Shown here piece by piece: positions 41,630 to 56,824 of a stretch of DNA of 64,000 nt. The translations under genes were made by a program, and so were the position numbers. Source of the stretch: Eledone cirrhosa (Eukaryota); contig OZ024742.1 in NCBI GenBank assembly GCA_964016885.1, positions 282,038,001 through 282,102,000 of the forward strand, written 5' to 3'. The first letter of the stretch is position 1. Every line of letters begins with the position of its first letter. Under the pieces are notes generated by a model. That model was not told where the DNA came from and did not search any database. It was given only the letters and a program-made list of their open reading frames with translations.

Positions 41630-42310
41630 AGCATGGCATGGGTTGGACGGGAATTCATGTCTGAAAACTAGATCGGAGCATCAGAGAGATTGCTATGTGG
41701 AGACGTCTCTACTATATTCTCTCAACCAGTTTACAGAGTGTATTGGGTGCATTTTTTATCATGGCCATAACATTTGAGAGGTTTTCATATCGGCTGCAAT
41801 ACAATCTGCGATCTTTTATCACATTTTCTTATACTACGAGGTTCGGTTTATTGAAGGCACAACTTCGTTCTATGTTTTATTTTTGGTCACCTTCTTACAC
41901 ATGTCTCATTCTTTATACAATTCTTTCTCTCCCTCTATACACATCACTTATCCGTGCCGGCTCATTTGTTTCTCTTTTACTAAGATTTTTTTCTCAGTCC
42001 ACTTATGTTCTGTTGTTGATACATACTAGCACTATGCATTCAGTGGGGCATGCCTGCTTTATTTTGTTCCAGCCGTAGCAAAATTTCTGTAGTCATGGCC
42101 CATGTCTCATTCCCATGCAGGCTAGCAGTTCGAACACAAGCACCATATAATTTACCTTTTACTTTGACAGAGATTCCCTTTGTTGTCAGCAGAAGTCAAA
42201 GACTCCTGAACATCTTCCACCCAATTCTCATTCTGGCTACAACACTTTAACACACCCGCTTCCACTGCTAATTAAGGCACCTAGATTGCACAAGATACCC
42301 ACTAATTCTA
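41630..42310 (-). mobile_element. Decayed RTE-type LINE 3' fragment
   Basis: Minus-strand translation contains KGKLYGACVRTASLHGNETWAM, matching the RTE post-RT motif. Confidence 0.7.
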
Positions 42311-43287
42311 ATGAACATTCGATTCCTTCGTGGGCTTGTATTTTACGGCTAACCTTACTTTCGATTACTGTTGTGTACCTGCTACATATGAAGCCTACCT
42401 TTTCTATCAGCTTCACCATAACGCCACTACAACTCTAATACCTATGGCGCTTTTACTACTTTGCCAATTCGTACCATTAATACGGAGAATATACAAAGGT
42501 AATTCGGAATATCAAGTAATTAAATTTATATCTACATCTAAGCAATATATCTGGATATCTGTCTACAGTCTAAATGATTATCAAACATTATCTTTAATTA
42601 AAAAATTAATGGCTGCTCTGATAAACTGAATAAACACACTCATACACACACAAACTTTCTCACACACACACATACAAACTCATACACACATATATATATA
42701 CACATGCACACATGCACGTGTACACATATACACATCGTCTAAAGGTGTAGACGGCGTCAATCAAACAAATAAGGTGAAATTTTTTTTCTTTTTTCAAGGG
42801 TAGATTGGTTGCGCATGACTTCAGATTTTAAAGAGAGGGCAAATTTTTATTCCACCGCTAGAACGATGAAAGACAAGAGCTGACCCCGAGGGATTTGAAC
42901 TCAGATCGTAAAAATACAATCGTGTAAATAAAAATAATTAAATGTAAGTTTGTTTAAAGCTTTATTAAATCTAATATCATCCGTCGCCTGACTTGGAAAT
43001 ATAAATATAATTATTAGTTTCTAACATTCGAATAAAGCCACATACATTGGTTGGGGGTGAAGTCAATGCTAAGCTGCAAATTGTAAAAGTCGTTGTGGAT
43101 TTGTGGAATTCAGTCATGTTCCCTTTCCCATGAGATCAAATCCGTTGGGGCCAAATTTGCCTTTCCACTTTTTGGTATCGATGAATAAAGTATTGTCGAT
43201 GAGACAAGTTTTCAAATGAATTCTTCTCCCTCAATATCTCTATCTCTCTTTTTCAATATATGCTACACACACATACGTATCTTACTT

Positions 43288-43349
<62 letters not shown>

Positions 43350-43512
43350 TGTGTGTGTGTGTGTGTGTGTGTGTCTGTGTGTGTGTGTGTGTGTGCGCGT
43401 GTGTGTGTATTTATATGTATGTATATTTATATATATATATATGTGTGTGTGTGTATGTATGCATATATATAGTTATGTATACATGTATATATATGCATAT
43501 ACGTATATACAT

Positions 43513-43560
<48 letters not shown>

Positions 43561-43711
43561 ATATATACACACACAAATGTGTATGTGTGTGCGTATGTAT
43601 ATACGTATATAAATATATATATATACATACATATTTATATATATATATATATTTATATACGTATATACATACGTACACACACACACACAAATGTGTGTGT
43701 ATATATATATT

Positions 43712-43742
<31 letters not shown>

Positions 43743-43777
43743 ATGTATATACGTATATACGTATTTAATATCATATA

Positions 43778-43842
<65 letters not shown>

Positions 43843-43985
43843 ATGTATATACGTATATACGTATTTAATATCATATATATATGTATGTATATACGTATAT
43901 GTATATATATACATGTATACATATGTATGTATATATGTGTATATATATATATATACACATATATACATATATATACATATATAAG

Positions 43986-44019
<34 letters not shown>

Positions 44020-44462
44020 CATATATAAACGTTCCTTAGAGGCAAGGAACGAGCCACTTGTCAGCTGGGCACTCTCAGTCTATCTCCGAGTTTGACGTCT
44101 GTTTGTATTAAGACACGTCTAAACAAACAAGCAAACTCCTTAAATATCCTACAGTCGATGAAATCCCTATGGAATGTGTGTATCTATAATTAATGAAACA
44201 TACACCCCTCCCCGTGAAATAACACGTGGTCTGTCAAACCCCTCTCTGCCCCTCCTTAAAACACAAAATAAATTGAATAGGGAGAAAATGAAAATAGGGG
44301 ATTATAGGAAATGCACTTTCAGTTAGATCTTGAATAAAGAAGCCGTAATTACTTAAAGTCTACACACACACACACACACGCACACACACACGCAGATATA
44401 TATATGTATGTCTCTGTGTGTTTATGTATATATATATATATATATACATAATTTTATATATG

Positions 44463-44559
<97 letters not shown>

Positions 44560-44607
44560 ATATTGTATATATATATATATATGTATATATTTGTATATAT
44601 ATATACA

Positions 44608-44688
<81 letters not shown>

Positions 44689-45228
44689 TTGTTTATATAT
44701 ATATACATAATTATATGTATATATACATATATATATACATAATTATATGTATATATACATATATATATACATAATTATATATATATAATTATATATATAT
44801 ATGTAATTATATATATACATATGTGTGTGTGTGTGTCTGTGTGTGTGTGTGTGTATGCTTCAGCGACATTCTTTTTATACACGTTGAACTACAGTCCCTA
44901 TTATTCTATTCTACGTTTCTATTTCTCTCTTTCCAATATCTATTCCCCTTTGGCTAAGCCCTCATGCTTCGCCCCTTCTCTTCTTTGTCATTTCACGTAC
45001 ATGGGATATTTTTCATCTATATTTGTGTAATTCGTTTAAAGGTGTAACCGTCTTTGCTTCTACCTGGTTTGTTATGTTTCAATGTGCATTGGAATGAATG
45101 GTATAAAGCTTAATAAACCAAAACTGTAGTGATTTACAAAGGTGGACTGAAGACATTGTTTCTGTCCTGTGCGCCCCGCCCCCTAACTTGAGTATAAAAT
45201 ATACATGCATACATAGATACAGTCATTC

Positions 45229-45265
<37 letters not shown>

Positions 45266-45272
45266 CACACAT

Positions 45273-45305
<33 letters not shown>

Positions 45306-45346
45306 CACACATACACACACATATATATACACACACGTACACACAC

Positions 45347-45478
<132 letters not shown>

Positions 45479-45560
45479 GGTAAACAGAAATAACAACACA
45501 ATCGGTACAATATATGGAAAGAATATATTAGGTTAACGCTTGAAATAGCAGGAAGAGGGA

Positions 45561-45594
45561 CTTAACGTTTCGGACGCTAATCCTTCGTCAGAAG
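45561..45594 (-). ncRNA. Minimal hammerhead downstream of a LINE fragment
   Basis: Minus strand: ctt-CTGACGA-agga ttagcg tcc-GAAA-cg-TT-aag; palindrome AACGTT. Confidence 0.6.
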
Positions 45595-45789
45595 AAAGAA
45601 TGAGAAATAAGATAGATTGAAGGGACGGGCCGAGTGGAATTAGAAAAAATATCTTTAGATAAAAATAACAGGTCCATTCATGTTGACATCCCTTGGAAAA
45701 CTATAGGCTTCGACCAGTATTGGACCAGGCTATGTCTAACACTTAATAGCATCACCTGTCGAAATCTTTCAATTCATGATACGCACCCC

Positions 45790-46480
45790 AATCATATTTT
45801 GGGCACGATGGACCACTCCAGTAGAGAGTTATTGTTTTCGGAGATATATCTGTGTGTAGGAGATGTATTGGGAATTCTTCGACGGAATTTGTCCAAAGAC
45901 ATTTTGAATGTTATGGCACCTATTTCGGGTTTTATGTGTTTTGGTGTGCTGTTCAAGAAAGCGGAACCAGTTGAGGTGAAATATTTGTGCTGTAATGTTG
46001 TTTGGAGATGCGAGTTTGATTTTTGTAGTGGGTGGATAGCACGGGCGTCAAGCCGTATGTGGATTGTAAAGATGATACCAACACCATTTGGTCTATGATG
46101 GTGGAATATTTTCCACATCACGCATTTAATGTAGCGCTCACGTCAGCTTTTGAGAGTGTAGAGTTTGGACTTTTGTAGACGATCTCAATAATCAAGGCCT
46201 GTTTTGACATATATTTTTTTGTAATTGACATTTGGGGTTCTGCAATTTCGATAAAAGTTTGTTTCTTGTCAAGAGACAACAATGGACAACAGCATTCAAG
46301 TCGGAGCCGGGCAAAGTAGAGAAGAGAATGATTATGGTGTGGATATCTCTCAACCAATGGTTCTGAGAATCGACAAACATATCCTGCGGGATGTTAACTT
46401 TGTTGCTTATATGAGTAGCCCAGATTAGGCTGTTATGCACAATTACTCCAAGGTCTCGGGTGTTGTTGAATTCCACGAGG
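45790..46480 (-). mobile_element. CR1/Jockey-group LINE ORF2 C-terminal fragment (pseudogene)
   Basis: RDLGVIVHNSLIWATHISNKV.. and FLNSTPKHIK..FKMSLDKFRRRIPN..NNSL motifs; frameshifted. Confidence 0.75.
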
Positions 46481-46590
46481 GCTTCAACTGAGGGAAGAGA
46501 ATATAATAACTAATTTCCAAAGTGTATTAGTTCAAAAATTTATACTAGTTCAGTGGCATAATGTTTTGTTTTAAATATATATATATGCTT

Positions 46591-46625
<35 letters not shown>

Positions 46626-46660
46626 CATCTATATATACGTTTATACATATATACATATAT

Positions 46661-46731
<71 letters not shown>

Positions 46732-47264
46732 CATCTATATATACGTTTATACATATATACATATATACATACACACACACACACACATATATATATATAC
46801 ATACATCTATATATACGTTTATACATATATACATATATACATACACACACACACACACATATATATATATAAATATATATATATACATACATACATATAT
46901 ACATACATATATATATGTGTATATGTACATATATATACACTCACATATATATATGTATGTATACATACATACCTATATAATATATACCTGTATACATATA
47001 TATGCATTCATACATATATATACATACATAAGTGTATATAATATATATATATGTATATATATGTAAGTATGTATGTATATATATATATATATATATATAA
47101 TGTGTTTGTGTGTGTGTGTATGTATGTATCCATTATTATTATATATCCATTATTATTTAGAAAGTTGTGACTATTCAACTAACCCGAGGGATTTCTTTTA
47201 ATATCGAAACAATATATTATCTATGATGTACTTTATAAGGCACTGGCCTCATTTTTATATAATT

Positions 47265-48201
47265 CTAGCAGTGGTACCCGACGTTGCACGGAATAAGGTA
47301 TTTTGGAACGCGGGCCGCCAACAGATCTAATCGTGGAAAAACTGCATACTTGGACAATATGTAAAGAAAATAAACCGAATACTCTGATGGCTGGATAATG
47401 TTTAAGATTTTCCTCGATGAAGCAGGAAAAATGCAGGTTTTCACCTAATGCGGGCCCTAGGGGATCAAGAAAATATTTTTTTTTATGTGCGTAATAAATA
47501 TGCCTTGAAATTTCGGGTAAATCAGCTAGACTTAACGCCTCAAAAAAGCCCTAAAAAGCTAAAAAATATGAAGTTGTTCACCTAATGCGGGCCCTAGGCC
47601 ATAAAAAAGATGGATTTACTTTGCTCACGGTATGAAGAAGAGACTGACTAATACATAGTTACAATTTCCAGGAAATCAGTCTGACGTAACGCCTAAAAAT
47701 AAAAAAACCAAAAGCCGAAAAAACGCAGTTTTTCACCTAATATGGGGACCAAAAAGTTTAAATGTTTTTATTTGCATAACACTCCCTGAAACATAAGTAA
47801 TACACATGTAAAGTTTGAAAAAAGTCGGTTGGGTACTTCTCAAGTTTTAGGGATTCAAACTCACACACACACACACAGACAGACATCCTCAGGAAAGTGA
47901 CGTAATGCAGACAGTCAGACATACAGACAGATATTATAAGGGCGCGACGTTATATGTATGTATCTATCTAAATAGAGAAAGACTAAGAATTATAGAGAGA
48001 GATCGCTAAATCGCCTAATGCGGTCCCTAGGGCATTGAAAATTAAAATTTTTTTTTTGCTCAGAACACTCCCTGAAACATAAGTATTACATGTGTAAAGG
48101 TTGAAAACAGTCGGTTGGGTGCTTCTTGAGTTTTAGGGATTGAAACTCACACACGCATACACACACACACACACAGACATCCTCAGTTTTATATGTATAG
48201 A
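47265..48201 (-). mobile_element. Non-autonomous Helitron-like element with internal subrepeats
   Basis: Minus strand starts TCtatacatataaaa and ends ccgtgcaacgtcggg..CTAG. Internal cctaatgcgg.ccctagg repeats and a duplicated actccctgaaacataag..gttttagggatt block. Confidence 0.65.
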
Positions 48202-50369
48202 ATATGTAGTTTTTTTCCCATGTGTGAGTGGTTATTTTTTCTTGTATTTTCTTTTAGTGGGAAATTTATGTTTTTGCTCAGAAATAATTTTAAGTGAATT
48301 ACGTCAATTAAAGATGAATTAACAATGTGTTCATCGTCGTTTTTCGCGGGAAACAAGAATGCGTTGAAAGTCCCAGTCTGCATGTTTATTCATAATTATT
48401 CTTATATATTCACTTTCACGTTCTCCCATATCAAACGGGATTGAATTGGAGGTTAACACTAACTACTTTTCCCGATCTCTTAAGTCCAACCATTTAAACA
48501 TCAAATTTTAGATCTGTAAAGTCTGTTTCGTTTAATATTTTATAAATTGTATTGTTTTCTATAACTCTATAAATTGCACAATTCTAAGAGAAAACTACTC
48601 AGTCACGGTCCTTAGAAATTCTATAAACTGTTTTAAGTGCTATTTAAGATTCTTACAGCTGATTTCTTCGCCCTTGGGAAGTACTGAAAGTTTTACTTTC
48701 TGAAATCAATTTAAAATATGTTGGGTTTACACTGTTTTTCAAGGCAAATATTACATCAATAATTTTCCCCCAAACCTTGCAGGCTCGTTCTGGTGCATTG
48801 AAATAGCGAAAAACATAAATTTACTGTGCCAAGTGACATCGTTTAGCCGAAGAAAATTATGCTGCATGCCTTTCATATCTAAAAACAGTCTGATTTCACT
48901 TAAAATATCCAGCAAAACGTTACTAAACATTAAAAGTAAAAACGCTAAAAGCATGCACTTGTCATGTTGTGTTGGCTTCCACGAGTGGGCATCTGTTTGT
49001 AAACGACATTTAATTTATGGGTTGTAATATAAAGTGCTGTATCATTAGATATCATTGAAAAATACATTATTTTTTTTTTAGATAAGATTGTATGTCGAAC
49101 CTCAAGGTTTCTTTGTCAAATTTAGATTATTACGTTAGGGGAACGAGTGTTTGTGGAACATACAGCCACTTACACTATAATAAAAAAAAACATAGACTTG
49201 TAATTCAGCTTTTTCAGATATTCTATCGTGTTGAATCCACCCCCGGGGACATACTTTCAAGCACATGAGCCTGTAGAATGAATGCTCAGCCACTTACTTG
49301 GCAGGTTAATTTCACGAACAGGTTGTTTCGTTGATCAAGAACTGGAACACTGATCGTCGAAACCGACTGATGTCCATTCCATTGTTGTTCCTGTTGTTAT
49401 TTTGTTCTTTTTGCTATTGAAGATATCGATTTCAATTAGCAAAGGACAGTTGGTTTTCTACAACTGATTTAATTGATAGACATCCGATACTTGAGAAGAA
49501 AAAGAAAAAAATGATGGACTCTTTCAGTGACTTTGTTTCCTCTCAATGGAAATTAACTCGCTCGCGCGCTCACACATATCCAGGCACACAAACACACACA
49601 CACACACAAGCACACACACACACATACATACATAAGCACACGCGTAAAAACACACACATAAACACATGCGCGCATACACAAGCCGGAAACAATTACTCAT
49701 AGAGACACACATAAACCTTCACACATACAAGGGTATGCATACAAATGCCGGAAACACAAACATAAATACACCCATCCATACACTCCCAAAAATACATAAA
49801 GACATGTTCATACACACAAACATTCAAACACATAGATACTCATACCTTTACACATACAAGGGTATACATACAAATGCAGGAAACACGCAAATACTCATAC
49901 AGAAACATAAATACACTCACCCATACACTCTCAGAAATACACAAACAAAGACAGGCTCATACACACAAACTTTCACACACATAGATACTCAAACCTTCAC
50001 ACACAACCATGTATACTCATGCGATGCTTGGCTTCATTTTGAGAGCGTTCAACAATATAACTTTTGATATTATGCAGTATGAGCAATGTCACGTGTCATT
50101 GCGTACTAACATGTGACAGGAATCCCAAGCAACTATAAAATATTGATAGAGGAAATAGGGAAGGTGGAGAATGTTAAAACCAAAAGGTCAGAAGATCATG
50201 TCGTGGTGTAGCGGATGGAGACATGAGTTTGTGATGTGGTGTTATCACCGAATGAGATAATGTGCATTCTTGACATCAGAACGTGACAATAGGAAAGATG
50301 AGTTAATTATGTGAAAGTGGAGGAGTAATGACGCAGTAGTAGACTTTGTGCGTTTAAGCCTGATATTCG

Positions 50370-50805
50370 TTGATTTCGTACGAATGCAATGTGGAGTAAA
50401 GCAGTGATGGAATTCAAACTTATGAACGCCATGTACTCTGATTACGTACGAATAAGACGTGGGAGACATGGCATAAGAACGCTGTATTGGATTTTGACGT
50501 ATCATAGCAATGTACTTTGGTTACTTACGAATGAGGTGTGGTGGACGTGACATGAAAACAATGCGATGATTTTGACGTACGAACAAGTTAAGCGTTGATA
50601 ACGTACGAAACGAGACGTGAGTTATGTGACGTAATTGTAGTGTTGGACTTTCACATATGAACATGTACATTGATTACGTAAGAATAAGTTGTTAGGGTGA
50701 AACGTAAGAAGGCAGTGTTGGATTTGACGTATAAACCCCATGTATATTAATTGCATAAGAATTAGAAGCGAGGCAGGGGACGTAAGTACACAATGTTAGA
50801 TTCAG
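50370..50805. repeat. Degenerate ~77-bp tandem repeat
   Basis: attacgtacgaataag-like motif recurs at ~50441, 50520, 50598, 50673 and 50750, alternating with gtgttggattt(t)gacgta. Confidence 0.55.
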
Positions 50806-51268
50806 AGAGTTTGTATTAGCCCTCCTTACATTCTGAATTCAATTCCCATCGAGTTTCAATTTCTGGAGTTGTTAAAATAAAATAACTATCAAATACCGGA
50901 GTTAATCTAATTGATATATCCCACAACTCCATATTGCTGGTCTGGTGCCTCCTTAATCATTAACTGTTATTACTATTTGATAGAATTAGTATTACGTAGA
51001 ACATCATACTTAACGGTATTTAGATACGGCTCTTTATGTTCTGAGTTCCAATCTCGAAAGTCAATTTTGCCTTTCATCCCCCCGGTCTCAGAAATCAAAT
51101 TACGCTTCATCTACCGAGGTCAAGAAAATCAACTTTTCCTTCCCATAAATTGTTGGTCTTGTGCCTAAATTAGAAATCTTTATTAAATCCCTACTGGTCT
51201 GTCAACGGAGATGTCTTTAACGTTTTCAATCCCAGTGACAAATAAAGAAATCATTATTATTAGAGCAC

Positions 51269-51681
51269 TGAGGGAGGTGGATTGGCAGTATCGATAGAGC
51301 GCCGGACAACATGCCGTGTAGCATACAGTTACGATCCTTTACGTTCTGAGTTCAAATCTCGCCGAGATAAGTTTCGCATTCCATCCTTATGGGGTTGATA
51401 AATAAAGCACCAGTAATGCACTGGGGTCGATTTAATCGACTTTCCCGTCTGCAAAGTTGATGGCTGGCCCTGTGCCTATATAAGAAATCGGTGGAATGGC
51501 AATATCGGTAGAGGGTCAGAAGCCATGCTTTGACGCATTGAGTTACGGCCTTTGCTATTCTGAGTTCAAATCCCGCCGAGGTTAACTTTGCCTTTCCTCC
51601 TTACGGGGTCGATAAAATAAAGTACCAGTAACATACTGTGTAATTGGTGGCCTTGTGCCAAAAGTAGAAACAATTATTATT
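51269..51681 (+). mobile_element. Two tandem major SINE copies
   Basis: Box A/B and core occur twice; an older copy lies at ~51030-51175. Confidence 0.85.
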
Positions 51682-52369
51682 AGGGCGCTGTATCCTAGAA
51701 TCAGTACCTCATATATATACAACCAATTGACGTTTAATTTCTTTTTTACAGCCTTGTCAGTTCTAAGTTCAATTCATACCGAGGCCGAAAATCTCTTTCA
51801 TTCCAAAGGTCAAAGGGTTCAATTAAATCGATTATAACTGTTACACCAAACCTTCCCCAAAGTAATAATTTATGGTTTTATGCCAAAACTACTATTGTTG
51901 CGATGGCAATGAATGAATTCACTTTGTTATATTCATAATGCAATGCTCTCTTGCTGCGTGAGACAATTGTGGAAGTTTGTTAAATTTTGCACCGAGTCAA
52001 GCTTTGTTTAAAAACGACATGTATTGTTGTTATTGATTATGATGTGTTGTGAGGTTTATATTATAATGTTCGTGAAGTAATAATGATTAAGCTGCACACA
52101 ACTCCTTACACACACACACACAGCCACACACACACGCGCACACACACACAAACACATATATATATATATATATATATATACTGATAAACATTTACTCACA
52201 TACATGCACATATTCACACACATATATGCATGTATATATTCACCGCATTTAAAAAGTATAAACAGGAATTCGTCATATAGTTTCATTTTAGTCTTCAGCA
52301 AATATAGATTTAAGTTATACTTACACTCACACACACACATACACACTCACGTTCCTCACGTACGCATGA

Positions 52370-52441
<72 letters not shown>

Positions 52442-52706
52442 TTTGCAGACTTTAACAGACCATGTTAATACTGCCACTTAACGAAAACCCTTTGTTTGCT
52501 TAGAATAAATGAACCTTGAGTATAGTATTTTCAAAGAACCCCCATTCTTTAAATCCATCAACCAATGACCCCACTCATCCCAATCACCACCTTTCCCTAC
52601 CAACAGAAAATATATACCACATTGACAGGCGGCCTTCCTGATGATTTCCTTCGAATGAAACAGTTCTAGTCCTGTAGAAGCCATTTCTATATTAAATGAA
52701 TGTATA

Positions 52707-52927
<221 letters not shown>

Positions 52928-53156
52928 CGAAATTGTATGTGCGTTTGAGCATATAGATTCAGTATATATATATATATATTTATATATATGTGTGTGTGCG
53001 TTTGTGTGTATGTGAGATTGTGAGTGTGTGTGTGTATATATATATATGTTATATATGTATACATTTTATCCTTTCGAACGAAAGTCTATAATTATTTTTC
53101 TCCTTCCTGCATTACTACTTGCACAACATGCTCCGTTGTTCAAGTCTAAAACACTT

Positions 53157-54352
53157 GTTTGTTTCTGTCTGTCACACATACAACTTATGGACACCCTGCT
53201 CAGTTTGTTTCTGTCTGTCACACATACAACTTATGGACACCCTGCTCAGTTTGTTTCTGTCTGTCACACATACAACTTATGGACACCCTGCTCAGTTTGT
53301 TTCTGTCTGTCACACATACAACTTATGGACACCCTGCTCAGTTTGTTTCTGTCTGTCACACATACAACTTATGGACACCCTGCTCAGTTTGTTTCTGTCT
53401 GTCACACATACAATTTATGGACACCCTGCTCAGTTTGTTTCTGTCTGTCACACATACAACTTATGGACACCCTGCTCAGTTTGTTTCTGTCTGTCTCACA
53501 TACAACTTATGAACACCCTGCTCAGTTTGTTTCTGTCTGTCTCACATACAACTTATGGACACCCTGCTCAGTTTGTTTCTGTCTGTCACACATACAACTT
53601 ATGGACACCCTGCTCAGTTTGTTTCTGTCTGTCACACATACAACTTATGAACACCCTGCTCAGTTTGTTTCTGTCTGTCACACATACAACTTATGGACAC
53701 CCTGCTCAGTTTGTTTCTGTCTGTCTCACATACAACTTATGAACACCCTGCTCAGTTTGTTTCTGTCTGTCTCACATACAACTTATGGACACCCTGCTCA
53801 GTTTGTTTCTGTCTGTCACACATACAATTTATGGACACCCTGCTCAGTTTGTTTCTGTCTGTCACACATACAACTTATGAACACCCTGCTCAGTTTGTTT
53901 CTGTCTGTCACACATACAACTTATGGACACCCTGCTCAGTTTGTTTCTGTCTGTCTCACATACAACTTATGAACACCCTGCTCAGTTTGTTTCTGTCTGT
54001 CTCACATACAACTTATGGACACCCTGCTCAGTTTGTTTCTGTCTGTCTCACATACAACTTATGGACACCCTGCTCAGTTTGTTTCTGTCTGTCACACATA
54101 CAACTTATGGACACCCTGCTCAGTTTGTTTCTGTCTGTCACACATACAACTTATGGACACCCTGCTCAGTTTGTTTCTGTCTGTCACACATACAACTTAT
54201 GGACACCCTGCTCAGTTTGTTTCTGTCTGTCACACATACAATTTATGGACACCCTGCTCAGTTTGTTTCTGTCTGTCACACATACAACTTATGGACACCC
54301 TGCTCAGTTTGTTTCTGTCTGTCTCACATACAACTTATGGACACCCTGCTCA
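53157..54352. repeat. Minisatellite, 26 x 46 bp
   Basis: Unit gtttgtttctgtctgtcacacatacaacttatggacaccctgctca; three recurring single-base variants. Confidence 0.97.
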
Positions 54353-54590
54353 GTTTGTTGTGCAGCCTGTTCGGATAGTTGTAACCTCACCTTTATGCAC
54401 GAAATTGCATTGGCTAAGGACTGACACATGAAGAGGGTAGATGCTTTTGTTCGTTCATCCTACTTTATGCTTTTTCGTTGGCAACACCCACACACACACG
54501 CACACAAATATACATGGGTGAATTGAAACAAACTTGTGCTGCTATATGGAATAGTTCTATTAATAAAATATATTTTGACTCTACATATAT

Positions 54591-54783
54591 ATAATTGTTT
54601 CTAATTTTGGTACAAGGCCAGCATTTATCCCTGTGTATTACTGGTACTTTATTTTATCGACCCTGGAAGGATGAAAGGCAAAGTTAACCTCGGCGGGTTT
54701 TGAACTCAGATCATAAAGGAAGGTAACTCTATGCTTCAAAGCATGGCGTCCGACCCTCTACCGATACCGCCAATCCACCGCCC
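54591..54783 (-). mobile_element. Major SINE, full length
   Basis: Complete from the gggcggtggattggc head to the gaaacaattat tail on the minus strand. Confidence 0.88.
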
Positions 54784-54862
54784 TGTATAAATAATATATT
54801 GAGTTCTTCATTGAATTGTCTAATCGAATTTTGCTCGAAAATTATCGTATGTATGTGTTTGT

Positions 54863-54948
<86 letters not shown>

Positions 54949-55091
54949 GGGGGAGGCTTACATACTCATACATATCGCCTAGGAAAATATCGATACTTCA
55001 CAACCCCGCCATGAGCGCCATGAACGCCACTAGCGCCACTGAACTCTGCCTCTGGCATAAACAACACTCAAGTCTCAATGTTCCAGTTCAG

Positions 55092-55136
<45 letters not shown>

Positions 55137-55183
55137 TATACATACATATATATATATATGTATATATATGTATATATATAGAG

Positions 55184-55258
<75 letters not shown>

Positions 55259-55352
55259 TATACATACGTATACATATATATATACATATACATATACATG
55301 TATATATATATATACATACACATATATATATATATACATATACATATACATG

Positions 55353-55388
<36 letters not shown>

Positions 55389-55417
55389 CATGTATATATA
55401 TATACATGTATATATAT

Positions 55418-55494
<77 letters not shown>

Positions 55495-55555
55495 CATGTA
55501 TATATTTACATATACATATACATGTAAATATATATATACATATACATACGTATGC

Positions 55556-55586
<31 letters not shown>

Positions 55587-55649
55587 TACATATACACTCA
55601 CACATATATAAATGTGTGTACACACACACACATATACATATACACACAC

Positions 55650-55680
<31 letters not shown>

Positions 55681-55904
55681 TGCATGGACTGTATATATAT
55701 GTCACTGTTCACCTATACTCAGAGGAATTTCCACTTCACCGCCCTTACCACACACTGTAACTGACGAATGACTTGCTTCCTCACCTTGAAGTGTCTATGT
55801 TCAACTGAAATCTTATCATGTGATTGATTTCGATCTGTAGCTGCCAAAATGAGTGCTAGCTCCCTCTGGAGAGGGAGTGAAATGTCAGTGGGATGGTGGT
55901 GCTG

Positions 55905-56514
55905 TTCATATGATGGTGATGATGATGCGGATGATGGTGATGATGATGGTGATGATGATACGGATGTTGTTGATATGATGATGATGGTGATGGTGGTGGT
56001 GGTGATATGATGGTGATGGTGATGCGGGTGATGATGGTGATGGTGGTGGTGGTGATATGATGGTGATGATGATGCGGATGTTGTTGATATGATGATGATG
56101 GTGATGGTGGTGGTGGTGATATGATGGTGATGATGGTGATGATGATGCGGATGTTGTTGATATGATGATGATGGTGATGGTGGTGGTGATGATGGTGATG
56201 ATGATGCGGATGTTGTTGATATGATGATGATGGTGATGGTGGTGGTGGTGATATGATGGTGATGATGATGCGGATGATGATGGTGATGATGGTGATGATG
56301 ATGCGGATGTTGTTGATATGATGATGATGGTGATGGTGGTGGTGATGATGGTGATGATGATGGTGATGATGATGCGGATGTTGTTGATATGATGATGATG
56401 GTGATGGTGGTGGTGATGATGGTGATGATGATGGTGATGATGATGCGGATGTTGTTGATATGATGATTATGGTGATGGTGATGGTGGTGGTGGTGATGAT
56501 GATGACGATGGTTG

Positions 56515-56546
<32 letters not shown>

Positions 56547-56695
56547 GTGTTGATGGTTGTGGTGATGGTGGTGATGTTGTTGATATAATGATGGTGGTGA
56601 TCATGATGAGGATGCTGTTGATATGATGATGATGATGATGATGATGGTGGTGGTGATGATGATGGTGTCGATGATGATGATGATGATGATGATGT
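55905..56695. repeat. Complex (GAT/GGT)n repeat
   Basis: Recurrent gcggatgttgttgatatgatgatgatgg modules. Confidence 0.9.
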
Positions 56696-56824
56696 TGTCG
56701 TTGCTGTCGGCGTTGGGAGGGGGGGGGGGTTAGCCCCAGGTTCGCTCATTCAAGAACGCACTTGATGATGAAAGACGTTCCAGATATAATCATCCTTCCA
56801 TTACAAAATGTTATGGTCGTTATT

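Noticed and set aside
53028-54431. 46-bp array as a CRISPR array or repeat protein
   Set aside because: No unique spacers and no cas genes; ORFs in all frames arise from a stop-poor unit whose length is not divisible by 3.
54700-54783. SINE heads as tRNA genes
   Set aside because: Box A/B are present but there is no cloverleaf, and they are always joined to the SINE core and tail.
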